Origin: Camelus ferus
Lineage: Eukaryota
Assembly: GCF_009834535.1 (NCBI RefSeq)
Contig: NC_045697.1
Location: 6,698,001-6,762,000, forward strand
DNA: 64,000 nt
Direction: 5' to 3'
The notes under the pieces were generated by a model, which made no database searches, was not told the origin of the DNA, and saw nothing but the letters and a program-made list of their open reading frames with translations. The position numbers and the translations under genes were made by a program. Numbering within the stretch: the first letter of the stretch is position 1; every line of letters begins with the position of its first letter. Shown here one piece after another: positions 37,751 through 50,695 of this stretch.

Positions 37751-39814
37751 AGACTGCTACTGATTTGTGGTAAAAATAATAATAATTTGAATTGGCCTCA
37801 GGATCTGATAGATAAAAGCAAAACCAAAACAATGAAAAGCCCCCATTTATAGGCCTGGGGAGGAGCAGAAAGAGGAGAAATATTAGGTTCTGCAGGATCT
37901 TGGTTAGAAGGGGACAGAAGATGGTATTCAGGGGTGGTGGTTGTATGTGTTGGGGTGGGGATAAAGGACTATTCCACAAACCACACCGGAGCCTTGGAAG
38001 CCTCCCAGTAGGGACGTTGTCTGTGTTTTCTGACTGAAACTCATAGCAGCTTCAGGGAGGCAGGATCTTCCAGGCGCAGTATTTTGTGTGACAGCAGTCC
38101 AAGTTTAACTTTGTTCAGAAAGCTTTTATATGTTCCAGATGGGATCAATGACTTGGACTAGGTACTTACCTCTCCAGCTACATAGCTTCGCTAGGGAGCA
38201 CTTATGTCAGGGCCCGTCGGAGGGGCATGATTCCTCCTGCCCAACCCTTAGGCGATCACTTCCAGATCATGCAACAGCCTCTGGTACAAATCTTTAAGAG
38301 GGGGTCCAGGGCTGTTTCCACCCCAAAGCACATTGCCCACATTCTAATAAGGAACCTGAGCTTATTGCACCTTAAGTGAAGAGGAAGCTGTGAAGATGCA
38401 CATGGGCAAGGACCAGTCCAGGATCTAGAAGACCATGGAGCTTTCAGGAGCCAAGGTTGTGCCAGGGACCTCTTGGGTCCATTCACCATCTCAGGGTGAC
38501 CTCACATTTTATATGTGTCCAGCTTCCTCTTTTTGCCAGCTGGCTGTGTTCGCCTTGTATTCATTTCTCTGTTTCAAAGACTACTCATCACTTTGGCTCA
38601 CTCGAGACCCAGCATGTCCCCTCTAACCTCGCACGCTGCTATGGCTTAGAGCAGCTGCTTCTGTTGCTCAGGCTACTTTTGTTCAGAATTTCTGTTTGGA
38701 CTGCAGAGAGAAAAAGACATTTGATTGGCTCAGACTGACTTTCCACTTGAATGCAAGACGACAGGGCACCGGTTTGGTCATGGATTGCCTGCCCTGGCTG
38801 ATCAGTCTTGTCTCTTGGCATTATCCACTTCTTCAGGTCCTGTGGGTGGGCAGTTTCCTTTCGAAGGGGCTGTCGGCCTGGAAGGCACTGTGATCAATGT
38901 GTCTTCTATACAATTTATGCAAGAAAGAAGACCACTTTTCTTAGGAAGTAGCATTTACATGGCAGGTGCTTAGAGATAAACAGATTCCTCAGTCAGCAGG
39001 CCAACATGGACCTTTTGACCAAAAAGAAAGGAAAGGAGAGGAAAGCCTGTCATCAATGGAGAGTTTATGTCGAACTATGAGAATGGAGGGTCAGGCAAGT
39101 CAGACAAAAAACCCCTGACGGTTTTTCCTTCAGGTTATAGCATTAAGAGAAATGGCCAGGTTTTTAACATGGATGCATTTCTCTCTCAAGGACTGAACAT
39201 TTATTTTCATAATAAATAAGAAACATAGTTTTTACTCTGGTAAATTATTTTGAAGTGTTGTCTTGGGGGAACCTCTCAAGGAAATCTCCCTTGACCTTAT
39301 GTTAGCTTGATGTGTCCCTCTACTGATTACCAAGTTTTGACTCCAGACATTTCAGGCAGAGTTGGCCTAATTGGGGATACTGCACATGAAAACCAGTCGC
39401 ACAGCTGGGACCTTCAAAGCCGCCTGGGCTAATTAGCAGGAAGTAGCTTGGAACTTTTTGCTCTGTTGGACTTCTTGGTAGTCACTAAATCATTGGATCA
39501 ATTCCAAAAGCAGCTAGAGGGACCCAAGAGTCAGAGGATGTATTTCCCAAGTGTGTATGCGATGAAGAGTAGGATGATGAGGGCTATTGCAATTTCGAGC
39601 ACAGAAGACTTTGATTTTTTTTTAATTTTTAAATTATCGCTCATGTGTAAGCCCAGGGGCTGGATGGGACTGCATAGCTTGGTGAAGACTGCATGGATTA
39701 TCATGTTTGGCTTCTGCTGAAGTCAGTTAAGAAGGATATGAGAAAAGATTATGCATATTCTGAAGGCATGACACCTTTTGTTTTCATCTCCTCCTCTTTT
39801 CTTCTTTTTAAAAT

Positions 39815-41115
39815 TATTTTTTATTTTTTCAATTATTTATTTTTTTAACATTTCTTGATTGAGTTATAGTCATTTTACAATGTTGTGTCAAATTCCAGTG
39901 TAGAAACAATTTTTCAGTTATACATGGACATACATATATTCATTGTCACATTTTTTTCCTCTGTGAGCTACCAGAAGATCTTGTATATATTTCCCTGTGC
40001 TATACAGTATAATCTTGTTTATCTATTCTACATTTTGAAATCCCAGTCTGTCCCTTCTCACTCCCCACCCCCTTGGCAACCACAAGTTTGTATTCTATGT
40101 CTATGAGTCTGTTTCTGTTTTGTATTTATGTTCTTTTTTTTTTTTTAAGATTCCACATATGAGCGATTTCATATGGTATTTTTATTTCTCTTTCTGGCTT
40201 ACTTCACTTAGAATGACATTCTCTAGGAGCATCCATGTTGCTGCAAATGGTGTTATGTTGTCAGTTTTTATGGCTGAATAGTATTCCATTGTATAAATAT
40301 ACCACCTCTTCTTTATCCAGTCATCTGTTGATGGACATTTAGGCTGTTTCCATGTCTTGGCTATTGTAAATAGTGCTGCAATGAACATTGGGGTGCAAGT
40401 GTCTTTTTGAAGTAGGGTTCCTTCTGGATATATGCCCAGGAGCGGGATTCCTGGGTCATATGGTAAGTCTATTCCTAGTCTTTTGAGGAATCTCCATACT
40501 GTTTTCCACAGTGGCTGCACCAAACTTCATTCCCACCAGCAGTGTAGAAGGGTTCCCTTTTCTCCACAGCCTCTCCAGCATTTGTCATTTGTAGATTTTT
40601 GAATGATGGCCATTCTGAGTGGTGTGAAGTGATACCTCATTGTAGTTTTGATTTGCATTTCTCTGATAATTAGTGATATTGAGCATTTTTTCATGTGCCT
40701 ATTGATCATTCGTATGTCTTCCTTGGAGAATTGCTTATTTAGGTCTTTGGCCCATTTTTGGATTGGGTTGTTTGTTTTTTTTCTTATTAAGTCATATGAG
40801 CTGCTTATATATATTGGAGATCAAGCCTTTGTTGGTTTCATTTGCAAAAATTTTCTCCCATTCCATAGGTTGTCGTTTTGCTTTACTTATGGTTTCCTTT
40901 GCTGTGCAGAAGCTTATAAGTTTCATTAGGTCCCATTTGTTTATTCTTGCTTTTATTTCTATTGCTTGGGTAGACTGCCCTAGGAGAACATTTTTGAGAT
41001 GTATGTTGGATAATGTTTTGCCTATATTTTCTTCTAGGAGGTTTATTGTATCTTGTCTTATGTTTAAGTCTTTGATCCATTTTGAGTTTATTTTTGTGTA
41101 TGGTGTAAGGGAGTG
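39815..41115 (-). mobile_element. Young 5'-truncated L1 (about 1.3 kb; ORF2 C-terminal region and 3'UTR)
   Basis: Minus-strand ORF2p peptides LTPYTKINSKWIKDLN...[32 protein letters not shown] and [13 protein letters not shown]...; T-rich tail at the left. Confidence 0.96.
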
Positions 41116-41580
41116 CATCAATTTATTCTTTAGGTATTTACCCCCAACAAATGAATACATATGTCTATGAGAGAGATATGTATAAGAAAACTGATGGCAG
41201 CTTTATTCATAATAGAGAAAAGACTGGAAACAATCCAAAGTCCAACAAAATGGATGGACATAACATACCAATACATACACAGTGAATGAACAACAACAAA
41301 AATGGCAGAACAAGAGAGTGATACTATATGCTTCATTTTATATGATGTTCAAGAACAGGTAAACATAAATTTATGGTGATGGAAGTCAAATAAGTGGTTG
41401 CCCCTCTGAGGTGGGCTGGGAGTGGGGTGCTAGGTTGCTGGTGGGTTTGACTGGAAAGGGACATGACTGAAGTTTCTGGGACAATGGAAGTGTTCCATAT
41501 ATTGATTGTGGTTGTGGTTACAGGATTTCATACATTTATGAAAATGCATCAAATTGTATTATTCATATAATTGAAAAATA
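41116..41580 (+). mobile_element. Old L1M 3' fragment
   Basis: taggtatttaccc...gcagctttattcataatag...actggaaacaatccaa...gactggaaagggacatga...gttccatatattgat. Confidence 0.75.
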
Positions 41581-44297
41581 TGCAAGCAGAGCAAAGAAAA
41601 AAAAAACAGCAGCCATATCCAATGACACTGGTATGTATATGTGTTTAGAGATTTCACTCCCCTTGCCCACCTATGGATAACTAGAGAGGCTATGGTTATG
41701 GCTAACTTTTCAGAATTATTTATACAATTTTATCCAGCACATAATGCATAGGTGGGTTTCAACTAGAACACCTGACGTATGCTGGCTGGCAACCAGAGCT
41801 ATGCAAATGCCTTTCAGAATAGATATACTGGGAAAAGAAATAAGAGAGAACAAAATTCATCCAGGGAGTAGTGTGACAGTCACTTAACTGGGTTTTTCCC
41901 CTCCAGTTGCTTTTCCTGTAGAAAGCCACATTAAGAGGCATCTGGTAGGAGGAGGCAGAGAATGTCAAAGTTGAAATGCAGCATTCCTCATCTCCCTTTC
42001 TCTTTCTGCAGTCTTGGCAGAAATGCAGGGCCCCCTAGCTCAGTGGAGGCTGGGTGAGGGAAGTGGGTGGAAGGCACTATGGGGGTGGAATTAAAAAGAA
42101 ACAGCCTAGAGTTTTTACTTGTCATAAGCAAAGGTTTTTTTGCCAGTTCTTGGTACTTGGTGTTCAAATATGGATACTTATTCCCTTAGCACAGCTAAAC
42201 CTGGGCTCCATGTGCTCCAGTTGGTGACATCAGTAGCTCTGGAAAGATGTTTTTCAGACATTTAGTGTTTGCTGGGAGTCCTGCACCTTTACTGGATTTT
42301 GCATGGGCTGTGCTTAAGCAGCTTGTTTTTCCAGGTCAGTTTCTCTGCAGTGTTTTTGGGCTCGGTCCTCTGTGATGACACCATCAGATCTGTCCTCCTC
42401 ACCCACTGGTAGTGATGTACATGTCAGATGATTTTGATGGAGCAGAGAATGGGATATGAGTTTCACCTCTTGCCCCCATTCCATTTTCTCAAACACGTCC
42501 TTAACTCTGAAGTGATGGATTATATCAAGATCAGTAGATATGAGAAAGAGCAAGGCTTTGGGAAGAAATGGATTCAAAAACCTGGTTCCATTGCTAAGAT
42601 GGGCACTGTTCAACTTTACCAATTGTCCAGTTGTTTCCACAATTTTCCAATAAGTGTGTTGTTGTCTGTTCCCACAGTTATCCAGTGGGTTTCCCAATGC
42701 TTACTTCACAAAGTTGTGGTAAGAATTTAGTTATATTTCAGCTTATGTATAGACATAAATATCAAAAGAGTTCAAGTGGTGGCATCTGGCCTACTGTTGA
42801 TGTTATATTCACCTTAGCTCCTACTGTGTCCCTTAGTTTTTCTGCAGAAAAATCCATCTGTGATATGCTTAGCTGAAAAGATTTACTTGATTTCAAGAAT
42901 GCCTCCTCACCCCTCCAAACACAAGTTCATATACTCATTCACTCATACACATCAGTCCTTTATTGAGACATGCTACACATTTACAGGCAGGCTATTGTAT
43001 AGAAGCCAACAACAAAAAACGCTTCTTTTTATTATGGAGACTGCTTAGGGACTACCATTCTCATCACTGCAACTTATGTTCGTACATAATTTCAAAACTC
43101 TCAGCTTCCTTTCATAAAGTCACATATAAGTTGGGTGATCGTATAATTTTATTGAGCAATTCTGGGTAGTATCATGATTAAACTTAGGCAACGATCTGGG
43201 GTTGACCTGGGCACACTGGATGTAGGATCATCCTCAACATGGACTGAGATGTATTTGAAACAAATATCAATGTTTCTTATCAGATGGTGAAATTGAGAGT
43301 CAGGAAGGTGACGTGTCTTGCTTAATATCATCTGTGACTGACAGAGTCAGAATTTAAATACAGATGCTCTGAAGCTGAAAGTTGTGATTTTTCTAGGACA
43401 ATAAAATTTATTTTAAAAAGAGTCGTGGGAATGTCTGCATTTTTTGTTTTGTTGGAATTTTGCTATATTAAATGTTGGGTTGGCTAGAATTCAAACACTT
43501 TTTCATATGTAGCTTTTTGGCTTAGACTTCATTGTAATTAGACTTAAGAAGCACCATAACTATATTTGCCCACTGGGGTACCATTAAGTGCTGTACAGCG
43601 TTATGGAAATGCAAATTTCCATAGCTACAAGTAATCTTTGCTACTGAGTTGTATAATCTCTTAGCCTGATACTCAGGGCCCATTATTATTAGACCAGAAC
43701 TCCTTAGCTCTTCCCTCTGTGCTTTCAGAGGAAAGGGAGCTTCCACAGTTGCCCTCCAGGGAGACAGTGTAAGGGGGACCATTCCTGTTCTCCCTCCTTT
43801 TGCTCTCTTCCTCACATCTCCTCAAAGGAGCTGATATACCTAGAGAGATCTCGGGCCTGCCTTCTAGAAGCAGGTGTGTGTTTCTGGGCAGACTGCTCAT
43901 TCTGACAGTCCTATGGGCCCCACAGGCCTGATAGTGTGGCCAGATCTATCCCTGAAATTCCAGGAAGGTCTGGGAAGAAACCTTTACTTTGGCCTCCATT
44001 GCAAAATTCCCCACACACAGCTGAATGGGAAGTTGTAGATTACTTGAAAAAATGTCTAGAATTGATACTTATGTCCCTTTTGACCTACCTCTCTATGCGT
44101 TGGCTTTTAGTCCAGAAACTTGGAGAGAAGGGACAATAAAGGAATGGATACAATGAAGCCCACGTAGCCCCTCTTAAGATATACACCAGTGCTCTTTCTC
44201 TCCGAGCCCGTAAAATAGCTTGTTATTCTTAAGCACAACGTAGATTTTATGTTCTCATAACTTTGCCACTCCCTTCCTTGAAATGGTTATGGATGCC

Positions 44298-44768
44298 ATT
44301 AGAGCTAGTTTATTATTTTCCCAGAAATGCCAAGACAAAGTACCACAAACAGGGTGTCTTAAAACAACAGAAATTTATTTTCTACCAACCCTGGAGACTA
44401 GAAATCTGAGCTCAAGATGGCAGCAGAGCCATTCTCCCTCTGAAGATGCTAGAGGACGTTCCTTCGTTGCCTCCTGCTGGCTTCTGCTGAACACCTATAG
44501 TGCTTCTTGGATTGGAAGTATATTATTCCCATCTCTGCCTCCATTGACACATAGCATTCTCCCCTGGGTGCCCTGTGTCCCCTGTGTCTTCACCCAACCT
44601 TCTTGGAAGGACACCAGTCACTGGATTTTAGAGTCTACCTTCATCCAGTAGTACCACCTCTTAATTTGATTACATCTTCACAGACCCTTTTTCCAAGTAA
44701 GATCAGTCAGGTTGTGGGAATTAGGAATTGAACACGTCTTCCTGAGGGCACAATTCAACTCAATACAG
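44298..44768 (-). mobile_element. MaLR solo LTR (MLT1C-like)
   Basis: acaaagtaccacaaac.gggtg.cttaaaacaacagaaatttattt...aaggacaccagtcactggattt...cacaattcaactcaataca. Confidence 0.88.
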
Positions 44769-44972
44769 CTAGTGTCTCTATTTGTATGTCAGATCCAATC
44801 TCTTCCCTTCTGTCCAAGAGTATCACTCCAACTATTCTACCCCCTCATCTTGCATCATCTATTTTCTTACCCTCTCTACAGGGCCTTCTTTATTAAAATG
44901 CAGCATGTGGCTATTTCTTGCATATTAAACAAACAAACAAAAAAAACAAACCAACAAACCTCTCTTGACCTC

Positions 44973-45506
44973 TGTGTTACTCAGGATTCTCCAGAAAAAT
45001 AGAACTAATAGGATGTGTATATATCTGTATCTAGGTCCACATCTGTGGATATAGATATATTGAGAGATTTGTTTCAAGGAATTGACTCACATGGTTATGG
45101 AGGCTGACAAGTCCCAAGATTTGTAGAGTGAGTTGGTAAGCTGGAGACCCTGGAGAACCAATGACATAGATTCCATTTCAAAGGCCATCAAGCTCGAGAA
45201 CCAGGAAGACCCAATGTTTCAGTTCAAGTTCTGAGGCAGAAGAAAGCCTATGTTCCAGTTCAAAGGTTGGCATACAAAAAGAGTTCTCTTACTCAGAGAA
45301 GAATAAGCATTTTTGTTCTATTGAGATCTTCAACTGATTGGACAAGGCCCATCCACATTAAGGAGAGCAATCTGCTTACATCAATCTACTGATTTAAATG
45401 TTAATTTCATCCAAAACACCTTTATGGAAAAACATAGAATAATGTTTGAACAAATTTCTAGGCACCAATGGCTAAGTCAAACTGACACATAAAATTAACC
45501 ATCACA
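44973..45506 (-). mobile_element. ERVL solo LTR (MLT2-like)
   Basis: tgtgttactcaggattctccagaaaaatagaac...ggaggctgacaagtcccaagat...gtcaaactgacacataaaattaaccatcaca. Confidence 0.9.
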
Positions 45507-45931
45507 CCCTTCCTTCTCCTTCACTATTTTCCTTCTTATCTTTAAAGCAAAAATTCTCAAACATAGAACTTATTGTCTCTAATTGCTTGGTCCCATTCCA
45601 ATTAGACTTCCCCCCATGGCTAGGTAAAATGTCTTTGTAAAGGACTGATTGTCTCCACATGCTGAATCTTCTGGTCAAATCTTAGTTGACTAGGAGGTAA
45701 ACTTCGTTAAAGCAAGGATGCTTATCTGTTTTGTTCATTGTTGTATCTTAGGACAGTTATTAGCACATAGTAAGCCTTCAATTAGCATCTGTTGAATTAA
45801 AAAATAACTCTTTCTTGACTTATCACTGGCATGCAACATATTTGAATTGTAACTTCTTTAAACTGTGTCTTTCCTTGGCTTCCAAGCGCATTTTGGTTTT
45901 CTTCCTAACTTGCTGGATGTTCCTTTTCAAT

Positions 45932-46415
45932 CTTTTTTTTTCCCTTGAAATATAGTCAGTTTACAATGTGTCAATTTCTGGTGTACAGCATAATGTTTCA
46001 ATCATACATATACATATATTTGTTTTCATACTTTTTTCCATTATAGATTACTACAAGATATTGAATATAGTTCCCTGTGATATACAGAAGATACTTGCTT
46101 ATCTGTATATATTGTAGTTAATATTTGCAAATTTTGAACTCTCAATTTATCCCATCCCACCCCCTTTTCCCCCAGTAACCATAAGTTTGTTCTCTATGTC
46201 TGTGAGTCTGTTTCTGTTTTGTAAATAAGTTAATTAGTGTTGTCTTTTTCCTTTTTTTAGACTCCATATATGAGTGATATTATATGGTATTTTTCTTTCT
46301 CTTTCTAACTTACTTCATTTAGAACGACTGTCTCCATGTCCATCCACGTTGCAGCACATGGCATTATTTTATTCCTTTTCATGGCTGAGTAGTATTCCAT
46401 TGCATAAATATACCC
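45932..46415 (-). mobile_element. Young 5'-truncated L1 3' end
   Basis: Poly-T, then ttgaaatatagtcagtttacaatg...atggctgagtagtattccatt; same family as 32124-32690. Confidence 0.92.
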
Positions 46416-46971
46416 ATTGGATCCTATTCACCTCCTAGCCTCTTAGTTTAGAATGTCTGAGGGCTCAGTCCTTGGTCTCCTTATTTATTTTCTGTGTCTC
46501 ATTCCTGAGGGAATTTCATCTACTGTAGTGTTTTTTTAAATCCTATCCATATACTGATGACTCCAAATTTTGTATCATCACTTTTTCCTTGAACTCAAGA
46601 ACTCTCTACTTAAGTGTTTAATTGCTCTCAAGTTAAATATGACCAAGTATGAGCTCTCTCTTCTCCCAATGATCCTTCCATTAATGCCCCCACTTTTACT
46701 CCATCAACAAATTCTATCAGCTTTAAGTTCAAAATATATGTAGGATCTGAACAGTTTTCATTGCTTCCATCGTGTGTACAGCCTGACTCACTGACTCATC
46801 TCCAGATTTTTATATCAATTATCACTTTCTCAGTGAGGCGTCTCTGCTACCAGATTCACAATCTTGTTTTTACTCCCTGGAATACCAAGTGATGAAAAGC
46901 TCTATCCACTGCCTTTACCATATTTTTCTCTATTCCATGTATTATTAACTAGTATATCATATAACATAGGG

Positions 46972-47000
46972 GTGTGTGTGTGTGTGTGTGTTTGTGTGTG
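46972..47000. repeat. (GT)n microsatellite
   Basis: Direct reading. Confidence 0.9.
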
Positions 47001-47350
47001 AGCTTCAGTCTGAATTTGTGTGTCTTCTCAAGATTCATACACTGAAATTCTAACTTCTAGGTGATAGTATTAGTAGATGGGACTTTGTGATGTAATTAGG
47101 TCATGTGAGCAGAGCCTTCATGATTGGGATTAGTGCCCTTAGAGAAAAGACCCCCGAGGGCTTGTTCACTTCCTGCTGTGTGAGGTTGCACCTAAGAGGC
47201 ACCGTCTAGGAAACAGGCTTTCATGAGAAATCACGAGTGCCTTGATCTTGGACTTCCCAGCCTTCAGAACTGTGAGAAATACATTTCTGTTTTTTTATAA
47301 GCTACCCAGCTTATGGTATTTTGTTATAGCAGTAGGAAGGGACTAATGCA
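47000..47350 (+). mobile_element. MaLR solo LTR (MLT1A-like)
   Basis: ctgaatttgtgtgtc...ccttgatcttggacttcccagccttcagaactgtgagaaatacatttctg...tggtattttgttatagcag. Confidence 0.9.
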
Positions 47351-47859
47351 GTATATAAACTTATTTTGTTTATTGTCTACCTCTACCATTAGAATGTACG
47401 TTTCATTAGGGGCTACATTCTTTTGTCAATGGCTATATTCATGGCATCTAGAGCACTGGAACACAGTACTTGCTTAATAAATATACTTTGAATAAACATG
47501 TCTTCCTATTCTTTTTAGGAAATCAAAGTCCTATCTCATCTTTCAAGGTCCTGCTTATGTAATCACCTTTTCCCTAAAGACCTTGTAAGTCTCTTCGACT
47601 AGACTTAACCACTCAATCCTCTGGCTTTCCAATAAACCTTGCTTTTATACTTTATTGAATGGTTTCTATGCCCTAGACTCACATATGCTGTCTCGTTTAA
47701 TAATTTATTCCAACCAGTAATACAATGCCTATGAACTTTCAACAAATGTTTTGCAAAGGATAAATAAATTCTTGCTAAAGCCTTGTATGATGAAAATAAT
47801 AATGTCTAATGTAATGCAGAAAATTAGTTTCAATAGCATTAAGTGTCTTGTAAGAGGTT

Positions 47860-48088
47860 TTTTAATTCTTATTTTTTATTGAAGTGTAGTCTATTTACAG
47901 TGTTAGTTTCAGGTGTACAGGAAAGCGATTCAGTTTTATATATACATACATACATATTTCAGTTTCTTTTCTGTTACAGCTCATTACAAGAAATTGAATA
48001 TAGTTCCTTGTGCTATACAGTAGGTCCTTGTTCTTTATTTTATGTTAGGACTTTGGGATTAACAAATACACATTGCTATATATAAAAT
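47860..48088 (-). mobile_element. Very short L1 3'UTR insertion with an inverted 5' tip of about 44 bp
   Basis: Antisense L1 3'UTR up to about 48044, then sense ttaggactttgggattaacaaatacac...tatataaaat. Confidence 0.85.
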
Positions 48089-49479
48089 TATAGAAGGTTT
48101 TATAGTAAATAAATGAGACTCAGAACAAAAATCAAGGTCTTTGACTTTAATTCTACTGCATTCTTCACTTCAGTACTCTTTTTCAACCACATTGGTCATA
48201 GTTCCCAACCTAGATATAAGTGACCAAGTTTTCCTCATGGACTGTCACACCAGTGTACTTTGCTCTGTAGGAGAAATATTGAGCTACTTTGTGACTTGGG
48301 AACAAAAGATTATGTTTTGTATTGTTAAATCAAAACCTTATATTACTTACCAGTTTGGATATATGATTTCCTTGAGAAGAAATAAAATAAGAAGCCACGA
48401 GTGTGGTAAAGAAGGGAAGGCTGGTACTGCCAGGTGTCAGATCTCCAAGAAATGAAAACAAAACCAAACAACAACAATAACAAAAATAAGAGTAATAAGA
48501 GAGATGAAAGGAAAGATCAACATTAAAAGAAATGATAAAGTGATAATAGAAAGATTGTTAAGAGAGAAAGCTAAATCTTGCAGTATTTATCTAAAATCTG
48601 AGGACAATTTTGCACTAGAATAACTGGCTTAAAATATTCTGGTTAATGGGGCAGATATGTATGTATATATAAAATATATAGTTTTTCAAAACAATCCCAT
48701 CATGTTATCCTTTTTTAGGAAAAGTTTTTGTTTTTTTTTTTATCACTAACTCTTAGTTTGATCCGAGCATAAATTAAGTGCCAAGCTTATGGTAAAAATA
48801 ATATAATTTAACTGCAGTTCAGAATCAGTCTGGAGAGCCTTCCACATCTGATCAAGGTGGAATGGTAAGAACAGTCCTACCCTCTTTCCTAGATCAACCA
48901 ACAACTTAAAAAATGCTACAATGGCTTTCGAGACACAGAGCATCAGGCAAAGTCATCACTGTGAGAAAGGAAATGAATGAAGTAAGCCCTGTGCTTGCCT
49001 CAGAATGTTTTCTGCTTAGCAATTTATGTTCCCAGTGAGTTCAACACTACGTCTTGTATATTTATCCGCTTTACAAATATACCCTGAGCTTCTGCTACAA
49101 AGAAGACTCTGCTCTAAATGTTTGGGGAAGCATGTAAACAAGCTAGAGAGGTAGTATGGCAGCAAAGGCTTTTGTATGATTATTCTTTGCATGAGAGTCA
49201 CCAGACAAATGTCCAAGCACGGGCAGAAATTCCACGGTTCTCCATACTCCAGAGTGTGCCCTTGAGTGTGGAGCCTGCGTCCATTCAGGGAGACCTAGAC
49301 CTTTGATTCACAAAGGGCTTATGGGAGGATCTTACAGACACGGTTTCTATCCTTACTTGGCTTTCGCTCTAGGTGGAGATTCATAATAACCATCTGAAGA
49401 GGGCGATTATAAACAGTAAGTGCTATGCAGAAATAAAACAGAGTTGTAAGAAAGTCACTAAGGTGCTACATCATTTGTT

Positions 49480-50400
49480 TATTAGTTTAGTAATTCTTTT
49501 TGATTTTTTTTGATAACATATATGTTTCAAAATTCAAGGGGACAAAAGAGAATACAGGGAAAAGTAATGCGTTACCCTCCCTGCCCTCATGCAAGTTTTC
49601 AACTCACCACTTCTCCAGAGACAACTGTCAATTTTTTGTGCGGTGTTCTATAGACAGTCCATGTCTATGAAACCACACATGTGATGCTTTAAAACTTTCT
49701 CCACAAACAGTATATACAAATGCATGGTTCTGCATCTAGTTTTTCTCATATAAAAATATGTGTACAGATCACTCTTAATCAGCATATAGAGCTGTCATTC
49801 TTTTTCATGGTTGCTTAATATAACATAGAATGGAGAGATCTGGATTTATTTGATTAAGTCTACATGCATAGAATTTTAGGTCATATCCAGTCTGTTAGAA
49901 AACAAAGCAACATTGAATATTGCTGAGGAAATATCATCTCACACATGTGAAAATTGATCTGTAGAGCAACTTCCTAAATAGAAATTGCTGAGTCAAAATT
50001 TATTTGGGTTTAATTTAATAGAAATTTCTCTTTTCCCCTGAAGTTTAACCAATATAAGCTTTTACCAGCAATCTATAAAAGTGTTTCTCCATACGTAAAT
50101 ATTATGAAACTTTTAGATTTTTGTGCTTACAAATTAGGCTTAAAAGTGATAATTTTTTGTAGATTCACTATGAGAGATATGTTGAGGGGGTTTATTTCCT
50201 ATTAGGAGCTTTTCTATCTTAAACAGACTCTGCACACCCTTTATCTATTTTTCTATTAGGTCCTTGGTAATTTTTTATTTTTTACTGAGTTTTAGGAGAT
50301 CATCTCACATTTAGGACATTCGCCATTAAGTCTATGATACACACTGTAAATATTTTTACCAGGATGTCAATTTCCTTTTGATTTTTTTTTTTTTGTGGCA
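49480..50400 (-). mobile_element. Old L1ME-like fragment
   Basis: ttcctaaatagaaattgctgagtcaaa..., tttatctatttttctattagg..., typical of old L1 antisense text. Confidence 0.65.
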
Positions 50401-50417
50401 TTTTTCCAGGCCAACTT

Positions 50418-50695
50418 TGGAATACCACTCAGCCATAAAAACCAACAACATAATGCCATTTGCAGCAACATGGATGTTCCTGGAGAATGTCATTCTAAGT
50501 GAAGTAAGCCAGAAAGAGAAAGAAAAATGCCATATGAGATCACTCATATGTGGAATCTAAAAAAAAAAAAAAAAAAAAAAAAAACAAAAAACAAAAACAA
50601 GCAAACAAAGCATAAATACAAAATAGAAACAGACTCACAGACATAGAATACAAACTTGTGGTTGCCAAGGGGGCGGAGGGTGGGAAGGGATATAC
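50418..50695 (+). mobile_element. Young L1 fragment (ORF2 end and start of 3'UTR) lacking the 3' terminus
   Basis: Peptide EYHSAIKTNNIMPFAATWMFLENVILSEVSQKEKEK; similarity to 26380-26625 stops at gggaaggga. Confidence 0.92.

Larger units (their letters stand above)
44770..47500 (+). mobile_element. Fragmented L2 hosting MLT2, L1 and MLT1 insertions
   Basis: L2-like segments between the insertions (gggctcagtccttggtctcc, tactgatgactccaaattt, ttcaaaatatatgtaggatctga) and a 3' end gcttaataaatatactttgaataaa. Confidence 0.65.

Noticed and set aside
40182..41160. ORFs of 113, 60 and 122 aa with clear protein homology
   Set aside because: They are broken LINE-1 ORF2p pieces from a truncated insertion, not a host gene.
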